DNA of 64,000 nt from Epithemia pelagica (lineage: Eukaryota > Protista > Bacillariophyta), in the NCBI GenBank assembly GCA_946965045.2, contig OX337241.1, forward strand, positions 2,604,001 to 2,668,000. The letters are read 5' to 3'. Of the stretch, positions 43,809-54,985 are shown one piece after another; the stretch's first letter is position 1, and each line of letters opens with the position of its first letter. The position numbers and the translations under genes were made by a program. The notes below the pieces were generated by a model that made no database searches, had not been told where the DNA came from, and saw only the letters and a list, made by a program, of their open reading frames with translations.

Positions 43809-45701
43809 ATGAAACGAACACGACACTACGGCCATGTTCCCTTGGTCCTTCCGACCACCACCAGCAAGGAGGAGGATTGCCGTTCGACAACAACGACAAC
43901 AACAACGACACATTCGAATCGTTCGGCCACAACAGCCACAACAAATGTCTATCAACCCGACTATGCGGCCTTGCTGGCCTATTGTGCGGCCTGGTCCTAT
44001 GCCTCCCATGCTCGCTTTCAACGACACGTGCAACAAGCCCTACAAGCCATGTACCACCACAACCACAACAAGAGTACGGGCACCCATTCCTCCTCCACGA
44101 AACACACCACTACTACCAAGCTGCATGTGGTGGAATTGCAAGCTCTGGATGTGTCCCGTTGCATTGTGGCCACATGTCAACTCGTTTCGTTTTATCGGTC
44201 GGACCAGGAACGAGTCGTTCTCGTGTGCTTTCGAGGGACGGAACCGGCCAATTTCTTGAATTGGGGCACCGATGTGCAAGCCACACTGGTGCCCCTCGAC
44301 GACTCGGAACAATCGTCGTCCACAGCAACGACAACCACCCAGTCATCATCATCATCGTCATCGTCGTCACAATGGTCCTGGAACCGTCGTCGCACCAAAC
44401 ACGACCGAGAGGATGCATCGAATTCCAATCCGAAAGAACAACAACAAGAATCACAAATACAAGAGAAGGAGGAAGAGGAGGAGGAACCATCATTGGAGGA
44501 GGATACTGATGATAGGGATATTGCCACTCCCACCACCACCACCCAAAAACCGACACCCCCTCATTGGATCGCCACACGACACTTGGAGGAGGACCCGGTA
44601 CAGCAAGGTGGTAGCAGTACTGCCAGCACTTCTACCAATCCTTCCTCCAGTCGTCTCTTGGCACACAAGGGGTTTGTCCTCAATTTTCGGGCCGTGTGGG
44701 ATGGACCCGACGGCATTTTGGCCCATTTGATGCAGCCTCATCTCTTGACGTCACCCACACCAAAGGACAATGACAACAACAATAGCAATAGCAATAGCAA
44801 CAACAGTACCAGTACAAGTGCTACCTCAACAACAACCACCACCACCACCACCACCACCACCACAACCACCACAACCACCACAACCACCACCACCGCCACA
44901 GCTCCGCCCAGTACACACTTGTACTTGACGGGTCATTCTCTGGGAGGTGCCATGGCCGTCTTGGCTGGTTTGGAATTGGCCACGCGCCATGCCGACTTGT
45001 ATCGCAGTGCCGTCCGGGGCATTTATACCTATGGACAACCCATGGTGGTGCCACCGCCGTGTCGCGAGACGGCCCACCATCTCATTGGGCACGACTTGTT
45101 TCGTCACGTCTATCGCAACGATTTGATCCCCCAAGTCCCACCTCAACCCATGGGACGGTTTGTTCATGTGGGACAAGAATATCGACATGGTGCTGGTTCG
45201 GCCAGGACCACACCACTCCTACCGGGTGTCTTGGGACCCCGGTCCAAAAATCACCAGCAACAACACAATCCAAACGATACTTCACAAAAGAGCACCAGTA
45301 CTGCTTCGTCGGCGTCGGCGGCGTCGTCATCATCATTGACAGGATCCAAACAACTGCAACAAGATGCAACACAACCTCCTTGCTCCGCCGGTTGGTACCC
45401 ATTGGGTCCGGACGAAACGGGGACGACGCAATTGTTGACAGCCTTGCCAACCCTGCCCTTGGTGTTGACCGATGCCGTCGTGCGGGTCATTCCAGGAGGA
45501 GGCTTGGTGACACGCACCGTCCCAAGTCCTTGGTCCATGGCCGATCATGTTCCCTATGGCTATGTCCACTCCTTTGAGGCATCCTGCTCGTGGTTGCCCT
45601 GCTTGTGGTTGCCACAAGTAGGCCGACCAGAATCACTTCGCGGGGAGGGCAGTGACGACACCAAGAACGACAAACCATTCTGGAAAGCAATGTCCGTCTA
45701 A
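43809..45701 (+). CDS. Class-3 (fungal-type) lipase, 630 aa, with low-complexity inserts
   Basis: VCFRGTE, AHKGF, LTGHSLGGA (nucleophile elbow), YTYGQP, NDLIPQVP and DHVPY. ATG at 43809, 155 bp after the LTR. Confidence 0.9.
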   Translation: MKRTRHYGHVPLVLPTTTSKEEDCRSTTTTTTTTHSNRSATTATTNVYQPDYAALLAYCAAWSYASHARFQRHVQQALQAMYHHNHNKSTGTHSSSTKHTTTTKLHVVELQALDVSRCIVATCQLVSFYRSDQERVVLVCFRGTEPANFLNWGTDVQATLVPLDDSEQSSSTATTTTQSSSSSSSSSQWSWNRRRTKHDREDASNSNPKEQQQESQIQEKEEEEEEPSLEEDTDDRDIATPTTTTQKPTPPHWIATRHLEEDPVQQGGSSTASTSTNPSSSRLLAHKGFVLNFRAVWDGPDGILAHLMQPHLLTSPTPKDNDNNNSNSNSNNSTSTSATSTTTTTTTTTTTTTTTTTTTTTTATAPPSTHLYLTGHSLGGAMAVLAGLELATRHADLYRSAVRGIYTYGQPMVVPPPCRETAHHLIGHDLFRHVYRNDLIPQVPPQPMGRFVHVGQEYRHGAGSARTTPLLPGVLGPRSKNHQQQHNPNDTSQKSTSTASSASAASSSSLTGSKQLQQDATQPPCSAGWYPLGPDETGTTQLLTALPTLPLVLTDAVVRVIPGGGLVTRTVPSPWSMADHVPYGYVHSFEASCSWLPCLWLPQVGRPESLRGEGSDDTKNDKPFWKAMSV

Positions 45702-45824
45702 GATAGAAGTTGATTTTATATATTGATTGTATAGGTAGTTCTAATGCTTGACGATTTCTCTCTTTCTTTCCTCTAACTCTCTACATCTGTTTGGTATTCT
45801 CTTCTTCTACATTCGAAAGCCCTT

Positions 45825-48800
45825 TCAGTCCATTCGAATCTTGTGTGGCTTCAATGCATTCGTGTTCGTACCCTCTGGTTCACAAACATCTCCTGAATGT
45901 TGGCTTTCTCCACACTCGGTGTCTTCGGCAGAGGAACGGTTTTGCGCCCATTGATGAATGTCCCTTCCTTTCTTGTACTCCAGCCACGCCGAAGAAATGA
46001 CCCGAACCGAGTGTTGAACATGCCGGAGCAGACGCATTTGGTACATTTGGTGTCGAATATCAGCTCCACTCACAGGGGAGGCTGTTGTTGCAATACGCAT
46101 TATGGAATGGGTTCGATCGAAACGGTACTTCCATAATCCGCAAGAGATGGATTCAAAGAATCTCTCTACTCTTCTGCCCATTTGATGGAACATGACAATC
46201 ATGCAAACAAACCGCTGCATGCTGGCAATGCGGCTTTCGTACAATTCCATTGCATGTTCTTGACTCCGAGCAACTGAGAAGTCCAGGGTTTTTCCTCGCT
46301 TTCCAGAGTTGTACTTGCGAAGCAGTTCGCCAAAGTACTTCTCTTCTGAAGGCTCAATCTGAATAAGACCACGACTGTCACGATGGCTCGGAGGTACACT
46401 GAACATTCCCTGTAGATAAAACAGTGCTGTTCATCAGCAGAGTTCGAAATTCATCATAATCCAAAGTTCCTGTATCATCAGTATCTGCCATATGAAAGAG
46501 GTCAGTAAGCTCCTCTGCCGTCATCGTTCCGGTGTGATGCTTGGACCAGCCTCGAATAAATTCATCCTCTGTCAAGACACCGTCATTGTCCCTATCGAAA
46601 GCGCGGTACAGATGATGGATTCGATCCGACCATTTCCGGTCTTCAGCTGCCATTTTGATAATCATATTGATGGAATTTTCAACCCTGTGACTGTCGACCC
46701 CAGCTGATGATGATGGAGAGTCGGCGGAGGTTTTCGACTTGTTCTCATGGTCTTCTGCAAAGTTTCGAAATCTTCCAAGCAGAGCAGCAGCAGATTCTTT
46801 CCGATGGAGGACAGGGCGAACACTGGAGTCGCGGTGGTAGCTCAAAGAAGGGTCTAAAAAGTCACCGGAGTCCTTGTTCACAATACCTCCCAACAGACAT
46901 TTCATTCGATTCCATCCTTTGACTTGTGCTTCTGATTTGTTTCTCGAATCGATAGTAGATCTCCCCTCCGTCATGGCGTCCGACTCTAACAACATGCGTT
47001 CACAAAGAAACAAAGGCCGTTTCCGCTTGAGAAAGATTCCTAGTTTACTCAATGGAAGCTTGAACGGGTTGTGCTGTAACAGAAACACAATCAGCAGTCA
47101 GTTCATGCAAAACACACATGCGCTTTCCAACCAACCATACTTACTCCAATTGTGATACTCTCGCATGTTCCTCCATACGACTGGATAGACGACGCTTGAT
47201 TCACTGAAAGACAAACCGAAGCCTCCGCAGTTGTCAATGCCGAGAGTCGCCCATCTGGTCTACCACAAACAAGTAAAGTTCCCCTTGTCACTCGATGGGT
47301 GTGTCGATGCACCAAATGATCCGAAGGATTCCCACTGAGCACGTTCAATCCTGCAATACTGTACGACACTGCGAATATCTTGGACAGAAAGGCTTCGGCA
47401 CATTGAGCTACCCATGGAATGTCGCCAATGACGACTGTACGTCCCACCATGCGATGAAGGAGATTGCGGCGTTGGACAATACGTAGCAGCATGATATTGA
47501 TTTGTGGCATCCAAAAATACAGTGCTGCATCCATGGTGCGGACTGCGTACATCCAGTCGTTCGTGTCATTGAGGCCTGCGGCACGGGCAATGGCATACGC
47601 CAGAGGATATCCCGAAATGACTGTCACAAAGATGTAGACAAAGGTCATCATGTACGCTCTCGTATTTTCCAGTACATGGTCGGCCCAAACGTCTCCAGCT
47701 TTCCGTAATTCCGATTCGACTACAGTGTTGTGATTCTCAAGATTGCCGCGTTGTGTGGTTCCCACAATTTCACGTAGAGCATTCACGTTATCCCGGTTGC
47801 ACCGTTCCAGAATCAGCAAATCTTGTTCGGTAATACAAGCTTCTGTTATATGGCGATATCGCATGTCGCTGAGAATCAGGACTGAAATGTCCTCGAAAAG
47901 GTTGGTAAAGAGTTGATGAGTGGCAACAACGGATATCTGTTTCAAAGTGAAGAAAAAACGGACATGAGGAATGAAGCACCATCATGCCATACACTAGATA
48001 CAAGATGTGACACGTACCGAGCAGGGTTCTGCCGGTCGGATGCCCACCCCGGTCGAAAAAACACGGCAACGAAAGAGTTGATCCATGGCACTATCGTTCG
48101 AATCGCCCATGGCATCCATGGTTCGAAGTTGTTTCCCAATTTGAGTGTCCCATTCCGACGTGACGGCAAAGATTTCGTTGGTCGAGCTTTGTAAGAGACT
48201 GCTGCAGGCCAATGGCGCAAAGGTTCCACCACTGTGACTCACAATAATGACAATCGAATCGTGTAAATCCAGCGTCTTGGGCGATTGGGGAAACCCAAAG
48301 GCTGGCACTGGAATGTCCTGACCAAACAAACCAAGAAGTTTGTTGCTGCTAATCGCTTTCGTGACAAGTTTGGGAAAGGCTTTTTGGAGATCACTAGCAA
48401 ACTGTTCGGCAAGCCAAAGAGACACTTCGCATCCTGTGAGCAAAATGTCTACCGCATGGGTGCTTCTATTACTCGTCCCATTGATGCGACCATCCAACAG
48501 CCGACGAAGAGCCCGTGATAACGTGAATGCAGTGAGTCGATTGAGGCTTGTCGCGCCATGATGTGCGAGCCAATCATCTTGAATGTTGGAGCAAACCTTG
48601 GGTATGTCTTGAATGTCCTTCAAGACCAAATCGGTACAGTCCTGATTCTCGGGCAATGGCTTGACAAATTTGTTGCGCGACAGGGGAACCATGCGGTGAA
48701 AGATCTGAGGATCCGGAGAGGACATGACCTTGGATTCTTTGTACAGAACCACTGTAACATGTCCATTCATGAACGTGTGGCGTGGCAACTCTTGGTTGGG

Positions 48801-50956
48801 TACCGACACGGGTGACGTCTTGTCTTTGCCAAAGTCGAGGAGCATTACCTCTCCTCCAAGATCTGTGAATCATCCGTCGTGAGCAAAGAAAGAATCATGA
48901 GACAAACTTTCATGCTTGCCACAGGATAGGATACGCACGCTGGCCACACAATACATTCCTCCTAATACTACGTACCATCCAGGTCCAACCTCAAGGCATC
49001 ATTGTCCACATCGCCCAAGCTGTGATCCAAGTCGTGCGCGGCATTGCCGGGAAAGGGCACTCCCAATCCAGCCTTGACGGCGGCTTGTTCCGACCCATAC
49101 AAGACGAGACCCTTGCGGGGATAAAAGGCCACACTCATGGTTTGTCCCCGGGCCGCCAAACACACTTGGCGGTGGGCATCCAAGGACGATGTCACACAAA
49201 GGCCAAAGGATCCACTGGCATGCGCCAAAATGGTTTGTGTGGTAAAGAGCAAATCATTGTCCAAAAAGGCATGAATCGTGGCGAGACAAAAGCTAAAGAG
49301 AGAAGTGCCACCCAAATCTTCGGGGTCGTCCTGTTCGGTCTCTTGCAGGTCTTGCAAAAAGTGGGAGACTCCCGTAGCCTGCAACAATTCTTGTGTTCGA
49401 GCACGGAGTTTACTCACCACCCGCCAGGCAAACGAGGCTCGAACACTGGGCGATTGATCAATGGTATTCAAGTCGGTCGTCTTGAGCATTTCCGTCAAGA
49501 CATGTTCAAAAACACCTCCAATACGTTCCAAATCTCGGTAGGAGGGAAACGAGTGGGCAGTCGACTCGTTGTTGTTGGTAGGAGTAAGAAACTCCAAGAG
49601 GGTCCGCGTCCACGGGGCCGATAAATCTCGTCGTTCCATGCCCAAACACAGGGCATACCGGACACTGGTTCCAAAACAAGCTTGCGTTCGAATCAAATCC
49701 ACCAAACCGGCAATGGCGCCCGAATCCACATTGCCGGGACGCGGATACTGCAAGAAATGTTCCAACCACGTTTGAATGGCATCCACCGATACCGTTTGTC
49801 CATGCAACCGATAAAACTCCAAGTCTCCATTGTGAGTAATATAGTGCTCCACTGGAACAAGGCGGGGTTTCTTGGCCATGGCCGTGGGAGAGGAGGAGGA
49901 GGAGGACGACGACATGGAGTCGGGGGTTCGCTTCGGACTGTCATGCCGCCATTTGGGGTAGACGCGACGCGGGGACGGTGGTGTCCACTGTTGGAATTGA
50001 GTATCGGGCAAGGTGGCCTTGCTGGAGGTCGCAAATCGGGTATGACCACAAAACACGGGACTCGAGTCTGTGGGAAACGGTCCGCCCGACGAGAACCAAC
50101 GATGGGTGGGCAACCAGGATGATGATGATAACAAGCCATTGTCGTGAGCCACCTTATGGCGCAACAAGACACTCAAGTCGGTTCGTTTTCGATTGACCAC
50201 ACGAGATCGTACTCCCACCAATGACACCGAGTCTTGACCCGTACTAGTAGCAGTTTTGGAAGATGGACGAGGATGAAAACACACGACACCACCCGACTGT
50301 GCTCCACGCATCATGGTGACTTGAATCAATGTTTCCAAAATGGAGAGTGCTGCTGGTCCATCCCTGGCATCCGAATGCTGATTCCTCCACCAGGCGGGAT
50401 GCAACAAGAGCATGCCAAAATTGCCACAGGCAAACACGTGCGGAATTAAGACAGCACCACCACCAGCAGGCCACGCCAAAAAGGAGGACTGAATGGGAAG
50501 AATGGGCCATTGCAACAAATCGGTCCACAGGGCCTCCGCAGCCGTCACACAGGCCGCCCACTGCAAGGCACAAGACCAAGTCGTAGTAGTAGTAGTAGTA
50601 GTAGTCGCAGCTTCAGAAGCAATGCCTCGGTTCCGAACGTAGTCAATTCCCAGAGCCACCAAGCAACTGACCATCCATCCAGCATGCCGAATCAGATCCA
50701 TCTGCCAAGGATCGACTTCTCCTTCTTCTTCTTCTTCCACTGGCTCTACGACGGTCCACACGACAAATTTTCGACCCAGTATCAAGTGATACCAAAATTC
50801 CCCGGACCACCCGGCCACACTCGTCTTGTGTGGTAATAGAACAATCGTTGCCATCCCATAATGTGCCAGTTCATGAATCATGCCCATGGTCAGATACCAC
50901 ACCAGGGCGGACCACCACAGGGTGCGCCAGTTCCAAACGGGGGGTGGTTCCTTCAC
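45825..50956 (-). CDS. Paralog B: about 1,620-aa HExxH-membrane domain + class-II (Ntn) glutamine amidotransferase + SIS-like + TM hairpin + 2 EF-hands
   Basis: Exons 50956-48976, 48862-48018, 47936-47145 and 47073-45825 (GT-AG). Motifs HELAH, CGNFG, RGAQSG, GHTRFAT, THNG, VSHSGG, DRDNDGVLTEDE and DTDDTGTLDYDE. One apparent +1 frameshift near 46408, which could be real or an assembly error. Confidence 0.8.
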
Positions 50957-51899
50957 ATCAAAATATTGTGGTCACAACGAAAGCGGCGTGCTTGCCATAA
51001 ATTGTTGGAAGATGAAGCCGTCGATCCAAAACGCGTTTCTCTTCCGATCCGCAGCAGTCGGTAAAACGTGCCATCCACACAAAGTTTGGAACCAACCAAA
51101 ATAGAAAGCGGCAAGGACGACGATGCCATACAATCCACATCCTTCAAACGTGACAGGTTCCAGCCCTTCTCGTCGGTTGTGGTGTATTTGCATCATGGAA
51201 CAAACTAGAACAGGATGACACACACCAAAGTTCTGGCACTTTTCGATGGGAGGCTTCGCATCCTTCGAGATGATGTATTGTAGTATGGAGGTGTGTCATC
51301 CCCGTTCGATTGGGATCAACAGAATTCCCTTCTTGTTGGTACCCAATCTGTCATTCTCCATACGCCAACCGATGGATGGTGTGGAAGCCTTCCAGTGGTT
51401 CTGCCACTTTCATGCGTTTCCCACAGCATTCAACCAAGAGCGTACAGACACGGTGTGGTTGCCGAACTTGATACCTCTGGAAAAAAACAAACATTCAAAA
51501 GGAGAGAGACGTATGGTCCATCCTGAATTCCCATCCTTCTTCCAACCCCGGAGGATCCGTCGCCATCCTCATGGTCGCAGAGCCTTGCTTGCAAATTGCA
51601 ACCATCTTCCTGAACATTGACATGGTAGTGTGAGCGTGACACATCACAGACACGGTGTTTTGCTTTCGTCGGCACGTCGATGCGAGGCCACACGTGCCGC
51701 CTCGGATGCAACGCGCCTGCATGGATCTTTTCTGATCGTGATCCCGTCAAAAAGATCCAAGAGCACGTTTGGAACTTTGGAAAGATCGAGCATCTGTCTT
51801 GTCGGACGGTTGCTTCCCCGTTTCCATAGGGTTCGATACAACGAGTCCATGACAGTCATTTCTCTCTGGCTGGTGAAACCGGAGACTCTCTGGTGAAAC

Positions 51900-52260
51900 C
51901 GGAGAGCACCGACCATAACTGAATCCATCCAGATTCGATACCAAGATTGGCGGACATGACAACAAATCAGCAATCCATCTTGAGAGGAACGGGGACGAGT
52001 GGATCTAGATTTCACACACGCACATACACCACCACAAACGACACAGTATGCGAAAACGTCGAACCTCGAGTCACCATGCAGCTGCGTCGTCACGGAATAG
52101 TAGTAGCACTATGACCACGGCTGTGGCCGACGACGATCGATCCTTGGCCGTTGCCACTACTGCGACTACGACTAGCGCCACACGATCTCGATCGACCAAC
52201 TCCAAATCTTCCAAATCCTTGGGGGAACACGAGACATTGTCTGTCTCGGTCACCAAATGA
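51900..52260. repeat. Diverged copy of about 63480-63830
   Basis: Shared gagcaccgacca..actgaatccatccagattc and acaaacgacacagtatgcgaaaacg...cgatctcgatcgaccaactccaaatct blocks. Confidence 0.85.
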
Positions 52261-52489
52261 ACCTACCTCTACTCCCTCTTGTCGGAACGAGAACAAGCCG
52301 AATTTGCCCAATGGATCATGGAAACCACCACCACGACAACGGCTGCCACAAGAACGGGAATGGACTAATCACACACCAACCACACGGACGGGCGGCTGTG
52401 ACAATAATAAGGGAATCATGCGAGCGACGTGCTTGGGCATTCCCCAACATTCTCCCTGGTTCAGGCTCTTTCCAAATGGGTTGGGTTGC

Positions 52490-52945
52490 TTCTGGGTGGG
52501 TGGGTTCGATCCAAGACGATTCTACTACGTATATTCATTTGAGAGATTCCCAAAACCAAATAAAACCAACAAGTGTGCGTGAGACAACAAGGAACTCAAC
52601 ACGCAACACAGGCTTCGTCTCTGGTACTCCCCGGTTGGGGTTGCGGCGAGAAGACCCCCGGTTTGGTTCATGCTCCACAGGCCATATTATAGCGAGGACT
52701 CCTGGAACCCAACACCAACGATCCAAAGGAGAACGAGGGAGATCCGCAAAGAGCCATCCTCTCCATCTCCATGGGGGTGGAATGACTCTACTGCTACTAG
52801 CGGATTCGAATGGGGTTGTGGTTCCCATCCTCCTCCTCGAAGGACATTGTCTCTTCTCCCAGAGGGGAAGGAAACAACACGACTCCAAGAGAAGTATTAT
52901 AGAAATAGAATAGAGAGACGTACCAAAACAGAAAACGAGAGAAGC
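52490..52945. repeat. Diverged copy of about 62370-62810 (upstream region of the TF gene)
   Basis: Shared gggtgggttc.atccaagac, ggactcctggaacccaacacc, ggggtggaatgactc, agcggattcgaatgg and accaaaac.gaaaacgagagaag blocks. Confidence 0.85.
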
Positions 52946-53113
52946 GTCAAGCCTAGTGGAAGGGTGAGTCATGAGATTTCGTGACTTCCTCTTTTTGTAC
53001 TCACATCTCAGGTTTTGAAGTAACCGTGTTTTTCGAGCGTCAGCTTGCAAACCAAAGTCATCTTGCCGGATTTCAGGTTTTCGAGCAATCTTGCACACAA
53101 AAGTCATCTTACC

Positions 53114-54556
53114 ATGTATGGACGACAAATCTGGATATCCATGGCTGCCTTTGTTTGGCATCGATCTTCGTGTGGAGGGCTCTCCTTCCGGGCGACAAGG
53201 GTATCCGCATTATTCAGGCAACTGTCTAGTAGCTCAGCTGCGTCGCAGGCTTCACGAGAGTCGAGCAAACTATCGACCCGCATCGCACTGCATGATGCCA
53301 TCGAAAACACTCGGCCGCCTTGGAGTTCCTCGGATTTTTACCAGACAATCGTGCCCACCCATCATCTGTTGGGCAAGGAGGACCAACAGGTGCTGAGCAC
53401 GCTGGAAAAGATCTGTGGCATTCCTCGGGTGTGCTTGGAAATGCAAATCAGCAATATCCATTCTCGCCATCTGGAAGAGTGGCGGCCATACAGTCGAGGT
53501 GCAGATCTCTTCATCAGTGGCCTCGGTTCTTTCGACATCGAGGGAACCTACCGCAACTGGGTAGCAAGCCGGGAACTGGATTTTTGGGTTACGATGTTTG
53601 ACTTCTACACGTATGATGTAGATTTGATAAAAATTTGTCTAGCGATTTATGGGGATGGATCACGCGGGAAGAAAAAGGATCGTATTCGTCGCCTCTTGGC
53701 GCACGAGTCATTCGATGCACCGGCTCGACTTTTGAAAATAGCCAGAAAATCAGTGCTACGAAAACAACGTGTTATTTCCCAAGATCTAGAACGTGGTTAT
53801 GATTGCATCGATATTATTCGCCGCGACATCAATCGAGGAATCTGTGCTGGAACAACTGGTGAAAGTCCGTATTGGTTTCCTCTCCCAAGCTCGCTGCAAA
53901 GGCAAGCATATTTCCCCACCGCCAATACCAACGAGTGGCGTATCATTGAGATCATCCTGCAGCAACCAAAGGAGGACCCTCGGCGTCAGCACCTCATCAA
54001 GTACTACACCGAATGGATAAAAAACCTTGGTTCCGTCGATGAGCTGCTAAGAGCGTACAACCCAAACTACAACGACGCTTGGCCAGAACATTGGGAGAGT
54101 ATGAATGTCCCCCAGCTGGTTAACTACATTCGAGATCGGGTTATTCAGGTGCAGCTGAACCAGAAAGGTTTAGTCACGTATGATCATTTGCGTGAGCTGT
54201 CTGACTCGGACAAGTGCAGGGTTCTGCGAACATCCCGTGCAATCGTAGACGTAGCGAAGGCTCTGAAGAATTGCGCTGCAATGTACGCGGACAATGTCAA
54301 TTCCGGGAAGTGCCTCCTTGTGGCGTACTACGAGGAGTCTGACACCAGCAAACCCTACGCGTTGGGTATGTACACTTTTGGCCATTCTGTGTTAGATGGC
54401 AACATTCCCTCTGGAGAATGGACGCAGATTTACTTGTCGTGCAACCAGAAGGCTCCCAAAAAGGTACACGATGAATATGACCGCTATACGCCAACCATTC
54501 GTTCGTGGCTTGCTGCATATTCCAAAAAAGTCAAAGAAGAGCGTAAGCAAAAGTAA
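53114..54556 (+). CDS. Intronless 480-aa protein with a C-terminal PcfJ-like motif
   Basis: Intact ORF. RVLRTSRAIVDVAKALKNCAAMYADNVNSGKCLLV...WTQIYLSCNQKAP resembles the PcfJ pattern (L..EG..xxC...Y...v..G.c.I ... Q..G..N). Confidence 0.6.
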   Translation: MYGRQIWISMAAFVWHRSSCGGLSFRATRVSALFRQLSSSSAASQASRESSKLSTRIALHDAIENTRPPWSSSDFYQTIVPTHHLLGKEDQQVLSTLEKICGIPRVCLEMQISNIHSRHLEEWRPYSRGADLFISGLGSFDIEGTYRNWVASRELDFWVTMFDFYTYDVDLIKICLAIYGDGSRGKKKDRIRRLLAHESFDAPARLLKIARKSVLRKQRVISQDLERGYDCIDIIRRDINRGICAGTTGESPYWFPLPSSLQRQAYFPTANTNEWRIIEIILQQPKEDPRRQHLIKYYTEWIKNLGSVDELLRAYNPNYNDAWPEHWESMNVPQLVNYIRDRVIQVQLNQKGLVTYDHLRELSDSDKCRVLRTSRAIVDVAKALKNCAAMYADNVNSGKCLLVAYYEESDTSKPYALGMYTFGHSVLDGNIPSGEWTQIYLSCNQKAPKKVHDEYDRYTPTIRSWLAAYSKKVKEERKQK

Positions 54557-54659
54557 ACAGACGGTTCCATCGAGACTGCGTTGAAGAGCAAACGATTTTG
54601 TTTTGATATTCAGAGACAGTCCGCTTCTAGAGCTGTAAACTGCTGACATGCTCCAACTT

Positions 54660-54985
54660 GCAAAAGAATACTTGTTGATGCTCGACTTCCTTGGCTACTC
54701 TTGACTGGACCTCTAATGACCTACTCGCTTGCTGGATTTGGCTGTCAAGTCTATATTATTATAAGTACTATTACAGGATTTTCTTCTTCTCTTGTTGTAT
54801 ACACAAATAGTAATTTCAAAAACAGGCAACGCGAGCAAAAACACACCCTTCTCGTTTCACCATGGCTTGTTGGGCGGCCAAGGCCGAACCCAATTCTTCC
54901 GATTTTCGTTTGGACGACGACGACGACGAGTTCCAGGCATTGGCCAATTCTGGATTGGATTGCAACAATTGTTGTTATACCAACA
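54660..54985. repeat. Diverged copy of about 59495-59860 (3' end and 3' flank of the TF gene)
   Basis: Shared gatgctcgacttccttg, ccttctcgtttcac...gccaaggccgaacccaattcttcc.attttcgtttggacgacgacgacgacgagtt and ggattggattgcaacaattgttg. Confidence 0.88.
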
